This document shows, piece by piece, positions 20,765-32,322 of a stretch of 64,000 nt of DNA (positions are counted from its first letter, which is position 1; each line of letters begins with the position of its first letter). The DNA comes from Nitrospirota bacterium (lineage in GTDB: Bacteria; Nitrospirota; Thermodesulfovibrionia; Thermodesulfovibrionales; JdFR-86), in contig CAVRJY010000001.1 in assembly GCA_963721805.1 (NCBI GenBank), positions 608,001 to 672,000 on the forward strand. Reading direction: 5' to 3'. Both the position numbers and the translations under genes were made by a program. A model generated the notes under the pieces. That model searched no databases, was not told where the DNA came from, and saw only the letters and a program-made list of their open reading frames with translations.

Positions 20765-23050
20765 ATGGGCGATAACGACAAAGACACTTCCAGGCAGCCC
20801 GACGCGGGCAAGCCCGGCGAGCCGTTGCCGCTCGATGCGAAGCTGCTTTCCGAGGCGATCATAGAGTTTAATATCTCGCGCCGCAACGTGGGCATCTATC
20901 CCTCGGGCCATGGCATCATAGCGGCTTCCATAGAGCGCGCGAGGGAACTGTTCCTGAAACTCTTCGAGATGAGGAGCGAGATCTCCCTTGGCATCGCGCA
21001 CGACGCCCTGGTCGTGGACCGCCGGATGCTCGACCGCACCCACCCCGTCTTCCGCGAATGCGCCCTCTCGTTCCATGAGCACGGCATCGCCTCGATCACC
21101 TTCTTTAAGGGCATGAGCCGCGACGAGCTGACCGGTTTTCATGAGCTCCTCACCTGCGCCGACAGCCCCGCCGGCCGTGAACTCGCCGCCGCGGCCTCCG
21201 AACGGGGCATCACGCACATCAGGATCGAGCCTATCAATTACGCGCACTTCGCCTTTGTCGAGGGCCGTTATAGCACCGACGGAAAGACCTCCGAGGCCAT
21301 ATGGCAGGACTACCTCCACGGCCTGCTGACCGGCAGCCTCAGCACGGACGATGCGTCCGACGCGATACTGGGCGCACCGCCCGAGGAGGTGGCCGACGCC
21401 ATCAACGCGGCCGCATTCGGCGCCGGAGCCGGTGATGCAGCATCCCCGGCCGGTAGCGCGGAGGCCGCGGAGTCAGCCGAGTCTGACGAGTCCAATCGCT
21501 CGGCTGCATACGACAAGGTCATAGCCTCGTACCTGACGAAGAAGGGCGAGACCAAGCTGAGTCCCGAGGCCATGGGCAAGCTCATGACGCTGGTCGACCG
21601 CCTGAACCCCAAGCTCAAGGGCGAGTTCCTCTCGCGGACTTTCAACCACCTGACCGTGGACATGGCCGAGACCGAGAAGACCCTCGCCGAACTCACCCCG
21701 GAGGCCTTCAAGAAGCTCGTCGAAACGTTCGGAGAACAGACCTCGGTGCTCCCGGAGTCCCTGAAGAACATCTTCAGCAAGTTCACCGAGGCCGGCAACA
21801 CCAGGCCCTTCGAGTTCGATACCCTGCTGAAGGGCTCGGCCGTCGTGCACGACATAGAGATGGAGGACGAGGTGGCCGGGATGTTCACCGAGGACTACTT
21901 CAGGGCTTACGTGGGTTCCGAGTACGCGGGGATGCTCAAGGGCGCAGCGTCGCGCCGCCCCGGCGTCACGGAGTCCGCCGAACTCTCAGCGATGGCCGCG
22001 CGGATGCGGCCTTCGTCCGTCGACAGCATATTTACGGACATCATGCTCGAGCTCGCGTCGGGCGAGACGATGTCCAAGTCCAACTACCTAACCTTCGCCG
22101 AAAAGCTCACCGCCATGGCCGAGGACTTCGTCGGGACCGGGAGGTTCGACGAGGCCTATCGCATCATCGAGGCGTTCTGGGCCCAGGCGGCCGAGAGCGC
22201 GTTCATGGACGAGGCGGCGGCCCTGCTAGAGCTGTTCTTCCATAGCGAGGAGTTCCTCGAACAGACGGTCGGCTCGATACGCCTATGGGGCAGGCTGCGC
22301 CGCGAAGAGAGCGCACGCCTCTCGCTCTCGCTCGGCACCCCGATGATCCATCCGCTGATGGACGCGCTGCTTGACGAGCAGGACCCGAGCCGGAGGAAAT
22401 TCCTGATCTCGACGATCTCGGAGTTCCGCGAGGCAGCGGTACCGGCCGCGCTTAAGAAGCTCAAGGACGACCGCTGGTTCGTGCTCCGCAACATGCTGGT
22501 AATCCTCACCGAGTGCGACAGCGGCTCCTCGGTCGAGCACGTGCGCAGGTTCGCCAAGCACCCTGACCACAGGGTCGCGGAAGAGGCCGTCAAGTACATG
22601 CTCAAGCTCTCCCCGAAGGAGGGGCCGCTATACCTGAAGCTCTGCCTCGATTCGCCGGACAGCGAGACCCGCCTGCACGCGATGAGGCAGGCCGGGGCCT
22701 TTAAGGTCCGCGTCGTAGTGCCCCTGCTGATGGGCGTCGTCGCCTCCAACTCTGCGGCCGAGGAGAAGCGCGCGGCGGTCAGGGCGCTTGCTGAGATCGG
22801 GGAGCCGTCAGTGCTGGAAGGGATGCTCGAGATCTGCAGGCGGCAGCCGATGCTGTTTAAGGCCGCGCACGAGGAGCTGAGGCTCGAGATATTCAAAACC
22901 CTCCAGCATTACCCGCCCCCGAGCATAGCCCGGTTCGTCGAATACGGGCTTGGCGTGAGGGACGAAAACATACGGAAGATCAGCGCCGCCCTGATGGCAT
23001 CGGTCCACGTGGCACCGAAGCGGGAAGCCCCGAAAGGTGAGAGGCCATGA
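20765..23050 (+). CDS. HEAT-repeat protein
   Basis: C-terminal DDRWFVLRN / VRALAEIG HEAT-like repeats, coupled to the HD-GYP gene. Confidence 0.7.
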   Translation: MGDNDKDTSRQPDAGKPGEPLPLDAKLLSEAIIEFNISRRNVGIYPSGHGIIAASIERARELFLKLFEMRSEISLGIAHDALVVDRRMLDRTHPVFRECALSFHEHGIASITFFKGMSRDELTGFHELLTCADSPAGRELAAAASERGITHIRIEPINYAHFAFVEGRYSTDGKTSEAIWQDYLHGLLTGSLSTDDASDAILGAPPEEVADAINAAAFGAGAGDAASPAGSAEAAESAESDESNRSAAYDKVIASYLTKKGETKLSPEAMGKLMTLVDRLNPKLKGEFLSRTFNHLTVDMAETEKTLAELTPEAFKKLVETFGEQTSVLPESLKNIFSKFTEAGNTRPFEFDTLLKGSAVVHDIEMEDEVAGMFTEDYFRAYVGSEYAGMLKGAASRRPGVTESAELSAMAARMRPSSVDSIFTDIMLELASGETMSKSNYLTFAEKLTAMAEDFVGTGRFDEAYRIIEAFWAQAAESAFMDEAAALLELFFHSEEFLEQTVGSIRLWGRLRREESARLSLSLGTPMIHPLMDALLDEQDPSRRKFLISTISEFREAAVPAALKKLKDDRWFVLRNMLVILTECDSGSSVEHVRRFAKHPDHRVAEEAVKYMLKLSPKEGPLYLKLCLDSPDSETRLHAMRQAGAFKVRVVVPLLMGVVASNSAAEEKRAAVRALAEIGEPSVLEGMLEICRRQPMLFKAAHEELRLEIFKTLQHYPPPSIARFVEYGLGVRDENIRKISAALMASVHVAPKREAPKGERP

Positions 23051-24144
23051 GCGACAGGGGGCTTGAGCTGATATCCGCCGTCGCCACCGCGATCACGAGC
23101 TGCTCTTTGTACTCGAAAGAGCACGAGGTCGTGCTGGCCCAGTGCGCCAAGGCCGTCGGCCTGATCGAGGGAATGTACGACGAGGGCCAGCTCGGCTTGA
23201 CGGTGCTCGGCGAGGCCCTGCTCGTAAACGGCAGGAAGGTCAAGTCCAAGGGCCTCCACGCCGTAAATTTCATCGGCAGGATGCGGCGCAAGGGCATCCA
23301 GCAGTTAGTCTTCCATCAGGGCGTCACCGCGCCGGAGCTGGTCGAGTGCATCGCCGGCCTCGCCGCTAAGGGCTCTCCGAAGGCGAACCTGCCCCACATA
23401 GCCGTCGGGAGCCTCGAGATCAGGTTCAACGCCGCGGGCGGCAGCGACCCTGCCGCGGTCATCAGCGCCGGGGCGGAACGCATTAAGGCCCTGCACTCCA
23501 GCGTCTCGCACTTCGGGTCCATCGACATCGTGGGGATCGAGGAGATCGTGATCGGGTTCCTCTCGGTGCTCCGCCGCCAGGAGAACGTCCTGCGGATAGT
23601 CCAGCCGATCAGGGCGCACAGCGACTATACTTACGCGCACTCGGCGAACGTCACCGTGCTCTCGATGTTCATCGCCGAGACGATCGGCGTGGACGACGAG
23701 GTGCTGCAGGACGTGGGCGTGGCAGGGCTCATGCACGATATCGGCAAGGTCTTCGTCGACAAGAAGATCCTCGAGAAGGACTCGAAGCTCGACGCCGGGG
23801 AATGGGACGAGATGAAAAAACACACGGTCTTCGGGGCCCAGTACCTCGCCTCCCTGCCCGAGGTCCCGAGGCTCGCGTTCGTGGGCGCGTTTGAGCACCA
23901 TATGAAGTTCGACGGCACGGGGTATCCCAACACGAGGCTGCACGGCAGGAGGCAGCACCCTGTCAGCCAGATCATAGCCATCGCGGACTTCTTCGACGCC
24001 CTGCGCACCGAGAGGCCGTACAGGAGGCCGCTTGAGATGCCTGCCATCCTCGGCATGCTGAAGGACTCCTCGGGCAAGGACTTCAACCCGGTGCTGGTGG
24101 ACCACTTCATCCGCTCGCTCTCTGCAATACCCGGCGGGTTCTGA
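23047..24144 (+). CDS. HD-GYP domain phosphohydrolase
   Basis: HDIGK, EHH..DGTGYP and ADFFDALRTERPY motifs. Confidence 0.9.
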   Translation: MSDRGLELISAVATAITSCSLYSKEHEVVLAQCAKAVGLIEGMYDEGQLGLTVLGEALLVNGRKVKSKGLHAVNFIGRMRRKGIQQLVFHQGVTAPELVECIAGLAAKGSPKANLPHIAVGSLEIRFNAAGGSDPAAVISAGAERIKALHSSVSHFGSIDIVGIEEIVIGFLSVLRRQENVLRIVQPIRAHSDYTYAHSANVTVLSMFIAETIGVDDEVLQDVGVAGLMHDIGKVFVDKKILEKDSKLDAGEWDEMKKHTVFGAQYLASLPEVPRLAFVGAFEHHMKFDGTGYPNTRLHGRRQHPVSQIIAIADFFDALRTERPYRRPLEMPAILGMLKDSSGKDFNPVLVDHFIRSLSAIPGGF

Positions 24145-24240
24145 GCGGCAGGCGTTACGCACTCCCCCGCTGAGGTGTGGTAAATTAAAAGACGCATATG
24201 AAGAAGCCGGAGAACTCAAATGGAGACGCCAAAGAGCTCT

Positions 24241-24294
24241 GATGAAAAAGCCAAGGAACTATGATGAAAAAGCCAAGGAACTAAGATGAAAAAG
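24241..24294 (+). repeat. 22-bp tandem repeat covering the cimA ribosome-binding site and start
   Basis: GATGAAAAAGCCAAGGAACTAT / GATGAAAAAGCCAAGGAACTAA / GATGAAAAAG. Confidence 0.85.
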
Positions 24295-25944
24295 ATTGAG
24301 ATATACGACACGACGCTCCGCGACGGGGCACAGGCCGAGGACATATCGTTCTCGGTCGAGGACAAGCTGCGCATCGCCGAGAAGCTCGACGAGCTCGGCG
24401 TCCATTACATAGAGGGCGGATACCCCGGCGCCAACCCGCGCGACGAGGAGTTCTTCCGCAAGGCCCGCGAGCTGAAACTGAAAAATGCCGTCCTCACCTC
24501 GTTCGGCAGCACGCACCGGCCCGGCATAAGGCCCGCCAAGGACAAGACGATGAAGGCCCTGCTCGATACGGGCACGGCGGCCGTTACGATCTTCGGCAAG
24601 ACCTGGGACTTCCACGTGAAAAACGCCCTGCGCGTGAGCCTCGACGAGGGCGTGGACATCATCGCCGACTCGGTCGCTTACCTCGCAAAGCGCGTCGACA
24701 AGGTCTTCTTCGACGCCGAGCATTTCTTCGACGGGTATCTGCGCAACGAGAAATACGCGCTCAGGTGCCTCGCGGCCGCGCGCGACGCCGGGGCCTGCTG
24801 CCTCGTCCTGTGCGACACCAACGGCGGCGTGCTCACTCACGATATCGCGCGCATTACCAAGGCCGTGATCAAGTCGACGAATGCGCCCGCCGGCATCCAC
24901 GCGCACAACGACTCCGACTGCGCCGTTGCGAGTTCGGTCGAGGCGGTGCTCGCGGGCGCCGGGCACGTCCAAGGCACGATCAACGGCCTTGGCGAGCGCA
25001 CGGGCAACGCGAACCTGTGTTCGATCATCCCGAACCTGCAGATAAAACTCGGTTACCGCTGCCTGAGGGACGTCCAGCTTGGACGGCTCCGCGAGGCGTC
25101 GCGCTTCATCAACGAGATCGCGAACGTCCGCCACTTCAAGCGCCAGCCGTTCGTCGGCGACAGCGCGTTCGCACACAAGGCCGGGATGCACGTCAGCGCG
25201 GTCATGCGCTCCTCGGAGATGTACGAGCACATGAAGCCGGAGCTCGTCGGCAACTCGCAGCGCATACTGGTCTCGGACCTCGCCGGGAAGAGCAATATCC
25301 TCAGGAAGGCCGCGGAGTGCGGCATCGAGATCCCGGACGCATCGAGCCCGGCCGTGCACTCGATCGTCACCGAGCTCAAGCGCCTCGAGAACGAGGGTTT
25401 TCAGTTCGAGGGCGCGGAGGCCTCCTTCGAGCTGCTGATGAAGAAGGCCCTCGGCCTGCACCGCAGGTTCTTCGAGCTGATAGGCTTCAGGGTGATCATC
25501 GAGAAGCACGACGAGGGCGAGACGCCGCTTAACGAGGCGACGATAATGGTCAGGACCCCGGACGGCGCGGTCCAGCACATGGCGGCGGTGGGCAACGGCC
25601 CGGTAAACGCGCTTGACAGCGCGCTCAGGAAGGCCCTCGTGGTTTACTACCCGGAGCTCTCGGAGGTCGAACTCATCGACTACAAGGTCCGCGTGCTGAC
25701 TGCCGGCGTGGGCACGACCGCCCGCGTGCGCGTGCTCGTGGAATCGGGGGACGGCTTCCGCAAGTGGAACACGGTAGGCGTCTCGGAAAACATCATCGAC
25801 GCCTCATACCAGGCGCTCGTGGACAGCATAGAGTACAAGCTCCTCAAAGACGAACCCCAGGATACGCCTGTGGCGAGCGGAGAAGTCACCACTCGAAAGC
25901 GTCCAGTGCAAGCTCCTCAAAAAAGACGAGCCAAAGTAAGCTGA
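24286..25944 (+). CDS. cimA: Citramalate synthase (LeuA/CimA family)
   Basis: YDTTLRDGAQ, FFDAEHFFDGY, HAHND and GNGPVNALD motifs. Confidence 0.9.
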   Translation: MKKIEIYDTTLRDGAQAEDISFSVEDKLRIAEKLDELGVHYIEGGYPGANPRDEEFFRKARELKLKNAVLTSFGSTHRPGIRPAKDKTMKALLDTGTAAVTIFGKTWDFHVKNALRVSLDEGVDIIADSVAYLAKRVDKVFFDAEHFFDGYLRNEKYALRCLAAARDAGACCLVLCDTNGGVLTHDIARITKAVIKSTNAPAGIHAHNDSDCAVASSVEAVLAGAGHVQGTINGLGERTGNANLCSIIPNLQIKLGYRCLRDVQLGRLREASRFINEIANVRHFKRQPFVGDSAFAHKAGMHVSAVMRSSEMYEHMKPELVGNSQRILVSDLAGKSNILRKAAECGIEIPDASSPAVHSIVTELKRLENEGFQFEGAEASFELLMKKALGLHRRFFELIGFRVIIEKHDEGETPLNEATIMVRTPDGAVQHMAAVGNGPVNALDSALRKALVVYYPELSEVELIDYKVRVLTAGVGTTARVRVLVESGDGFRKWNTVGVSENIIDASYQALVDSIEYKLLKDEPQDTPVASGEVTTRKRPVQAPQKRRAKVS

Positions 25945-25945
25945 A

Positions 25946-26121
25946 AACCTGTCTCAAAATTGATTCTGAGGCGAAAGAGAGAGGAAATTGCGGCAGACAA
26001 GGAGAAGAGGAAAAATCGGACGCAGGTGTAGCAGCGCTACATTGAGGACGATTTTTGCTTGTGCGACGCAGTATCCCGCGATTTCAGCCTCTTTCGGCCA
26101 GAAGCGATTTTGAGATAGGTT
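25946..26121 (-). repeat. 176-bp palindromic element, long variant of the 123-bp family
   Basis: TIR AACCTGTCTCAAAAT / ATTTTGAGATAGGTT, with internal CAGACAAGG, GAGGACG and GACGCAGTAT shared with the family. Confidence 0.75.
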
Positions 26122-26124
26122 CAA

Positions 26125-28152
26125 ATGGGCATCTTCCGCGTATCGACCGACTTCGAGCCGAGGGGCGACCAGCCCGCTGCGATACGCAGCCTAGTCGAGG
26201 GCTGCCGCGCCGGCGCCCCGCACCAGGTGCTGCTCGGCGTCACCGGATCGGGCAAGACCTTCACGATAGCGAAGGTGATCGAGTCGCTCGACCGGCCTGT
26301 CCTCGTGATCGCGCACAACAAGACCCTGGCCGCCCAGCTATATGGCGAGTTCAGGGAGCTCTTCCCGGAAAACGCGGTCGAGTTCTTCGTGAGCTACTAC
26401 GACTACTACCAGCCCGAGGCCTACCTGCCGACGACCGACACCTTCATCGAGAAGGACGCGATGGTCAACGACGACATCGACCGCCTGCGCCACTCCGCCA
26501 CGCGCGCGGTGCTCGAGCGGCGCGACGTCATAGTGGTGGCCTCGGTCTCGTGCATATACGGCATAGGCTCGCCGCAGGACTACATGGCCATGCACCTCGT
26601 GATCGAGGAGGGCATGCACGCCAAGCGCGACGCCCTGCTGCGGCGCATGGTCGATATGCAATACCAGCGCACGGACGCGGAGTTCAAGCGCGGCCGGGTG
26701 CGGGTGCGCGGCGACGTGCTCGAGGTCTTCCCGTCGTTCTCGGTCGACCGCGCGATCCGCATAGAGTTCTTCGGAGACGACGTGGACCGCCTCGTGGAGT
26801 TCGATGCCAGGACCGGCACGACCACGCGCGCGCTGAGCTCTTTCGCGCTCTTTCCGAACACGCACTGGATCACGCCCAAGGAGAAGATCGACGGCGCGAT
26901 CTCGGCCATCATTGGCGAGATGAAGGAGCGGGTGGAGTACTTCAACACGATGGGCCGCGCGGTAGAGGCCCAGAGGATCGAGCAGCGCACGCTCTTTGAC
27001 GTCGAGATGCTCCGCGAGTTCGGATACTGCCACGGGATAGAAAACTACACGCGCCACCTGAGCGGCCGGATGCCCGGCGCTCCTCCCTCGACGCTGATCG
27101 ACTACTTCCCGGAGGATTTCCTTACGGTGATCGACGAGTCGCACGCCACGGTGCCGCAGATCGGCGGGATGTACGAAGGCGACCGCTCGCGCAAATCCAC
27201 GCTCATAGACTTCGGGTTCCGGCTGCCCTCGGCGCTCGACAACAGGCCGCTTCAGTTCCATGAGTTCCAGTCCCGCGTCAGGCAGGCGGTATACGTCTCG
27301 GCCACACCGGCGGTGTACGAGCGCGAGAAGGCCGGCGGCCGCATCGTAGAGCAGATCATCCGGCCTACGGGCCTGATCGACCCCGAGATGGTCATCCGCC
27401 CGGTCTCGGGGCAGGTCGATAACCTGCTCGGCGAGATACGCCTGCGCGCGGCCGTCGGGGAGCGCGTGCTGATTACGACGCTGACCAAGAAGATGGCCGA
27501 GGACCTCACGAACTATTACACCACGCTTGGGGTGCGCGCACAGTACCTGCACTCGGACATCGACACGATGGAGCGAGTCAAGATCATACGCGACCTCCGC
27601 CTGGGGGAGTTCGACGTCCTGGTGGGCGTCAACCTGCTCAGAGAGGGGCTCGACCTGCCGGAGGTATCGCTCGTTGCGATATTCGACGCGGACAAGGAGG
27701 GGTTCCTGCGCTCGGAGCGCTCGCTGATCCAGACCGCCGGACGCGCCGCCCGGAACATCAACGGCAAGGTCATACTCTATGCCGACGTGATCACCGGCTC
27801 GATGCAGCGCGCGATGGACGAGACCGAGCGGCGGCGCGCGATACAGCTCCGGTACAACAGGGAAAACAAGATCACCCCCGAGACCGTGCGCAGCCACATC
27901 AAGGACATCCTCGGCTCGATCTACGAGGCCGACTACCCCGGCATACCGCTTGCTGCCAGGCAGGAGCCGGCATATTATGGCGAGGACGCCGCAAGTATAG
28001 ATGCCTTAGAGGCCGAGATGCGCGAGGCCGCCCGCGTGCTGGACTTCGAGCGCGCAACAATTCTCCGCGACAGACTCCGCGCTATAAAGGAGAAGGGACC
28101 CTCGGCCCCCCCGGCCCCAGTAAAGCCGCGCAAGGCGTCCAAACGCGCGTGA
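26125..28152 (+). CDS. uvrB: Excinuclease ABC subunit B
   Basis: [22 protein letters not shown] and NLLREGLD motifs. Confidence 0.97.
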   Translation: MGIFRVSTDFEPRGDQPAAIRSLVEGCRAGAPHQVLLGVTGSGKTFTIAKVIESLDRPVLVIAHNKTLAAQLYGEFRELFPENAVEFFVSYYDYYQPEAYLPTTDTFIEKDAMVNDDIDRLRHSATRAVLERRDVIVVASVSCIYGIGSPQDYMAMHLVIEEGMHAKRDALLRRMVDMQYQRTDAEFKRGRVRVRGDVLEVFPSFSVDRAIRIEFFGDDVDRLVEFDARTGTTTRALSSFALFPNTHWITPKEKIDGAISAIIGEMKERVEYFNTMGRAVEAQRIEQRTLFDVEMLREFGYCHGIENYTRHLSGRMPGAPPSTLIDYFPEDFLTVIDESHATVPQIGGMYEGDRSRKSTLIDFGFRLPSALDNRPLQFHEFQSRVRQAVYVSATPAVYEREKAGGRIVEQIIRPTGLIDPEMVIRPVSGQVDNLLGEIRLRAAVGERVLITTLTKKMAEDLTNYYTTLGVRAQYLHSDIDTMERVKIIRDLRLGEFDVLVGVNLLREGLDLPEVSLVAIFDADKEGFLRSERSLIQTAGRAARNINGKVILYADVITGSMQRAMDETERRRAIQLRYNRENKITPETVRSHIKDILGSIYEADYPGIPLAARQEPAYYGEDAASIDALEAEMREAARVLDFERATILRDRLRAIKEKGPSAPPAPVKPRKASKRA

Positions 28153-28195
28153 TCGCATTGACGTTCCTGCCCGCCGCCTCGGTTATAATATAACC

Positions 28196-28975
28196 ATGAT
28201 CCGAAACACCTTCATCCACCTCGACGGGATGGGCCAGAAGACCGAGCGGAGGCTCTGGGCCGAGGGCGTCCTCACATGGGAGGACTTCATCCGAAGGCCG
28301 TCGATCAGGTCGGTATCCGCGGGGCGCAAGGCCGCGATGGACGCCGCTCTGACCGAGGCCACGGAGAGGCTTGCGCTGCGCGATGCGGCGTACTTCAGGG
28401 CCGCGCTCAAGACGCGCGAGCACTGGAGGCTCTATGGCGAGTTCCGCGAGGACGCGGCGTTTCTGGACATAGAGACCAACGGGCTCGCGCCGGACGCAGG
28501 CGGCTACCCCACGATGGTCGGCATCTCGACGTACGATGGATACAAGGCATTCATCCGTGGCCGCGATCTCACAGCGGCCAACCTCATGGAGGCGCTAAAG
28601 GGCGTCAAGTGCCTCGTGACTTTCTTCGGCACGGTGTTCGATATGCCGTTTCTCGCCAGGACTATGCCAGCGCTCGAACTGGACCTCCCGCACTTCGACC
28701 TCTGCTTTGCCGGAAAGAAGGTCGGGCTCTCGGGCGGGCTCAAGGCCGTAGAGAAGACTATCGGCATCTCGCGGCCGGCCGAGGTCGATGGCATGGACGG
28801 GTATGCAGCGGTGCTGCTATGGAACCGGCACCTCGACGGCTACAGAGATGCGCTCAAGACTCTGGTGACGTATAACCGCGAGGACACCGTGAACTTGCAG
28901 CTTCTCGCGGACAGGGTATACGCGGCCCTGCGCGGGCAGTCAGGCATAGAGGGACATGCGCATGCCGGTGCTTAG
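28196..28975 (+). CDS. RNase H-like / YprB-family exonuclease
   Basis: FLDIETNG, FDMPFL, GGLKAVE and YNREDT motifs. Confidence 0.8.
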   Translation: MIRNTFIHLDGMGQKTERRLWAEGVLTWEDFIRRPSIRSVSAGRKAAMDAALTEATERLALRDAAYFRAALKTREHWRLYGEFREDAAFLDIETNGLAPDAGGYPTMVGISTYDGYKAFIRGRDLTAANLMEALKGVKCLVTFFGTVFDMPFLARTMPALELDLPHFDLCFAGKKVGLSGGLKAVEKTIGISRPAEVDGMDGYAAVLLWNRHLDGYRDALKTLVTYNREDTVNLQLLADRVYAALRGQSGIEGHAHAGA

Positions 28976-29834
28976 GGAGTTCTCCGCGTACCTCGCGATA
29001 GAAAAGGGGCTCTCCAGAAACACCGTGACCGCATACTCGGCAGACCTCGGGAAGCTGGCCCTGTTTCTGGAAGGCCGGGGCGCGCGGCTTGCCGGGTTCG
29101 GCAAGGACGACGTCGCCGAGTTCATGGCTTCGCTCCACGCGGCGGGGATCTCGGCCGCAAGCTCAGCGCGCATGCTCTCGTCCATTCGCGGGCTGTGCAG
29201 GTATCTGCTCCTGCAGGGGCGCATCACTGAAGACCCGACCGAGAACATGCCCTCCCCAAAGAAATGGCAGACCGTGCCCAAGGCCCTGAGCTTCAACGAG
29301 GTAAGCGCGCTTCTGGCCGCAGACTCGCAGGGCGGCCTCGGGATGCGCGACGAGGCGATGGTCGAACTCCTGTACTCCTCCGGGCTCCGAGTCAGCGAGC
29401 TTGTCTCGCTGAAGCTCTCGAACGTGGATTTCACGGCCGGGTTCATGAAGATCACGGGCAAGGGCTCGAAGGACCGGATCGTCCCGGCTCACGAACGCGC
29501 TCTCCTTAAGGTGCGGCGGTATGTCGAGGAACTCAGGCCGAAGCTCCTAAAGGACCTCCGCTCGGACTACCTCTTCCTCACCGGCCTGGGCAGGCCGATG
29601 ACCCGCCAGAGGTTCTGGCAGGCCCTGAAGGTGCGCGGAAAGCGGGCCGGTGTGGAGCTGTCCCCGCACGTGCTCAGGCACTCGTTCGCGACCCATCTGA
29701 TAGAGGGCGGGGCGGACCTCAGATCGGTCCAGAAGATGCTCGGACACTCGGATATTTCGACCACTCAGATATATACAAAAGTTACTGTGGAGCGGCTTAA
29801 AAGGGTATATAATAAAAATCATCCGCGGGCATGA
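28956..29834 (+). CDS. xerD: Tyrosine recombinase XerD
   Basis: EKGLSRNT, LYSSGLRVSEL, HVLRHSFATHL and LGHSDISTTQIY motifs. Confidence 0.9.
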   Translation: MRMPVLREFSAYLAIEKGLSRNTVTAYSADLGKLALFLEGRGARLAGFGKDDVAEFMASLHAAGISAASSARMLSSIRGLCRYLLLQGRITEDPTENMPSPKKWQTVPKALSFNEVSALLAADSQGGLGMRDEAMVELLYSSGLRVSELVSLKLSNVDFTAGFMKITGKGSKDRIVPAHERALLKVRRYVEELRPKLLKDLRSDYLFLTGLGRPMTRQRFWQALKVRGKRAGVELSPHVLRHSFATHLIEGGADLRSVQKMLGHSDISTTQIYTKVTVERLKRVYNKNHPRA

Positions 29835-29873
29835 TGCGGGCAATATTACACGGATATTGGAGGGCTTACGACC

Positions 29874-32322
29874 TTGGAGACACTGAAGCCGGAGCAACTC
29901 TACGCGCGTTGCAGACACTGACTGCCTGAAGTTCCTGACCACGAACGACCTCACGCCGCACTTCGACACCATCGGGCAGGAGCGCGCGATGCGCTCGCTG
30001 GACTTCGGGCTGAGCCTCGACAGCACTGGGTTTAACATATTCATGCTCGGCGAGAACGGCACCGGCAAGATGACGACGATCAAGACCCTGCTGGCCGCGC
30101 AGGCCGCATCCGAGCCGATCCCGGACGACTGGTGCTATGTATTCAACTTCAAGGACCCGGACGTGCCGAACGCTGTCTCGCTCAAGGCCGGCAGGGCCGT
30201 CGAGTTCCATAAGGACATGGAGGAACTCATAAAATCCCTCCGCGCCGAACTGCCCAAGATCTTCGACACGAAGGAGTACGAAAAGACACGGAGCGCGGCT
30301 ATCGAGGAGTTTCAGAAATACCAGCGCGAGCAGCTGGTCGGTCTCGAAGAGGAGGCCAAGGCCAAGGGCTTCACGATCCGCAAGACCGCGGCCGGGCTGT
30401 TCATCGTTCCGATGACCCCGGCCGGTGAGCCGCTCACAGAGGAGGAGTTCGAGAAGCTCGACGCGGAGCACAAAAAGCGCATAGAGGAGATCGGCAAGGC
30501 CCTCCAGGAGAAGCTCGACGATATCGTCCGCTCGATGCGCACGGCCGAGAAGTCACTGAAGGAGCGCCTCAACAAGATCGAGCGCGACGCCGCGATGGGC
30601 TCGATCGGCCACTACATCGAGGAGATAGCGGCGAGGTTCTCCGACTACCCGAAGATCACCGCATACCTCGGCGAGGTCCGCGAGGACATCCTCGAGCACC
30701 TCGACGAGTTCAAGGGCGAGGAGGCGGAGCAGCCCTCTCCGCTGCCGTTTCTGAGGCCGCAGAAGGCCGAGCCGAGCTTCGCGCGCTATGTGGTAAACGT
30801 GCTCGTAAACAACGCCGAGACCACGGGCGCGCCGTGCGTGTTCGAGTCAAACCCGACCTACTACAACATATTCGGCCGCGTGGAGCACAAGTTCCAGTAC
30901 GGCATGGCCGTGACGGACTTCACGATGATCAAGGCCGGCTCGCTGCATAAGGCGAACGGCGGCTATCTCGTCATAGACGCGATGGACCTGCTTAAGAACA
31001 TCTTCGCCTACGAGGGCCTGAAGCGCTCGATCCGCAACCGCGAGATAAGGATCGAGGACGTCTGGGAGCAGTACAGGCTCATGTCCACCGCGACCCTCAA
31101 GCCCGAAGCCGTGCCGCTGCATATCAAGGTCATACTCATAGGCACGCCGTACCTGTACTACATGCTCTACTCCCTCGACGAGGAATACCGCGAGCTGTTC
31201 AAGGTCAAGGCCGACTTCGACAGCACGATGAAGCGCTCGGAGGGCTCGATCACGCGGTACGCGGAGTTCATAGCCTCCAAGGGCAAGGAGGAGGGGCTGC
31301 TGCCGTTCGACCCCGGAGGGGTGGCGCGCGTTGTGGAGTTCGGCTCGCGTCTCGCGTCCGACCAGCGGAAGCTCTCGTCACAGTTCAGCGAGATCGCGGA
31401 CATCGTGCGCGAATCGCACTACTGGGCCAGGAAGGCCGGCCGGGAGGCTGTATCGGACGAGCACGTCGAGACCGCGATCAGGGAGAAGGTCTACCGCAGC
31501 AGCCGCATCTCGGAGCGCATACAGGAGATGATGGAGGACGACACGCTCATACTGCCGACCTCCGGAGGCATCGTCGGGCAGATCAACGGGCTCGCGGTGA
31601 TGGGGATGGGCGACTACATGTTCGGGAAGCCCTCGCGCATCACGGCCAAGACCTTCGCCGGGAAGGCCGGGGTCGTAAACATCGAGCGCGAGACCAAGAT
31701 GAGCGGCAAGATACACGAAAAGGCGATCCTCATCATTAGCAACTACCTCGGCAGCCGCTACGCCTACAAAAAGCCGATCACCCTCTCGGCCTCGATCACC
31801 TTCGAGCAGCTATATGACATGATCGAGGGCGACAGCGCGACCTGCGCCGAGCTCATCGTCCTTTTAAGCAGCCTCAGCGGCGTGCCTATAAAGCAGTCCT
31901 TCGCTATCACAGGCTCGATGGACCAGGGCGGCGAGGTCCAGCCCATAGGCGGCGTCAACGAGAAGATCGAGGGCTTCTTCGACCTCTGCGCCGCGCGCGG
32001 CCTCGACGGCACGCACGGCGTCATCATACCCGCACGCAACGTCCGCAACCTCATGCTCAAAAAAGACGTCGTCGCTGCGGTGGCCGAGGGCAAGTTCAAG
32101 ATACACTCCATCAACAGGATGGAGGAGGGGCTCGAGATCATCACCGGCGTGCCCGCCGGGGTGGCCGACGAAAACGGCGAGTACCCCGAGGGCACGATCA
32201 ACAACCTCGTGATGAAACGCCTGACGCAGATCACCGAGGCGATGAAGCCGGCGAAGGACGAAGGCGAGGAGAAAAGCGACAAGAGTTCAACTGGCGGAGG
32301 CGGATGCGACACCTGCCGCTGA
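29874..32322 (+). CDS. Lon-family AAA+ protease (LonC/YcbZ-like) with an apparent frameshift near 29913
   Basis: TTG start after GGAGG gives METLKPEQLYARC, which continues in the next frame as DTDCLKF...IGQERAM. Also GENGTGK, EGDSA and QPIGGVNEKIEGF. Confidence 0.85.

Noticed and set aside
29874..29921. Early TGA in the Lon-like gene as a second selenocysteine
   Set aside because: The conserved sequence continues in a different frame, so this is an indel, not read-through.
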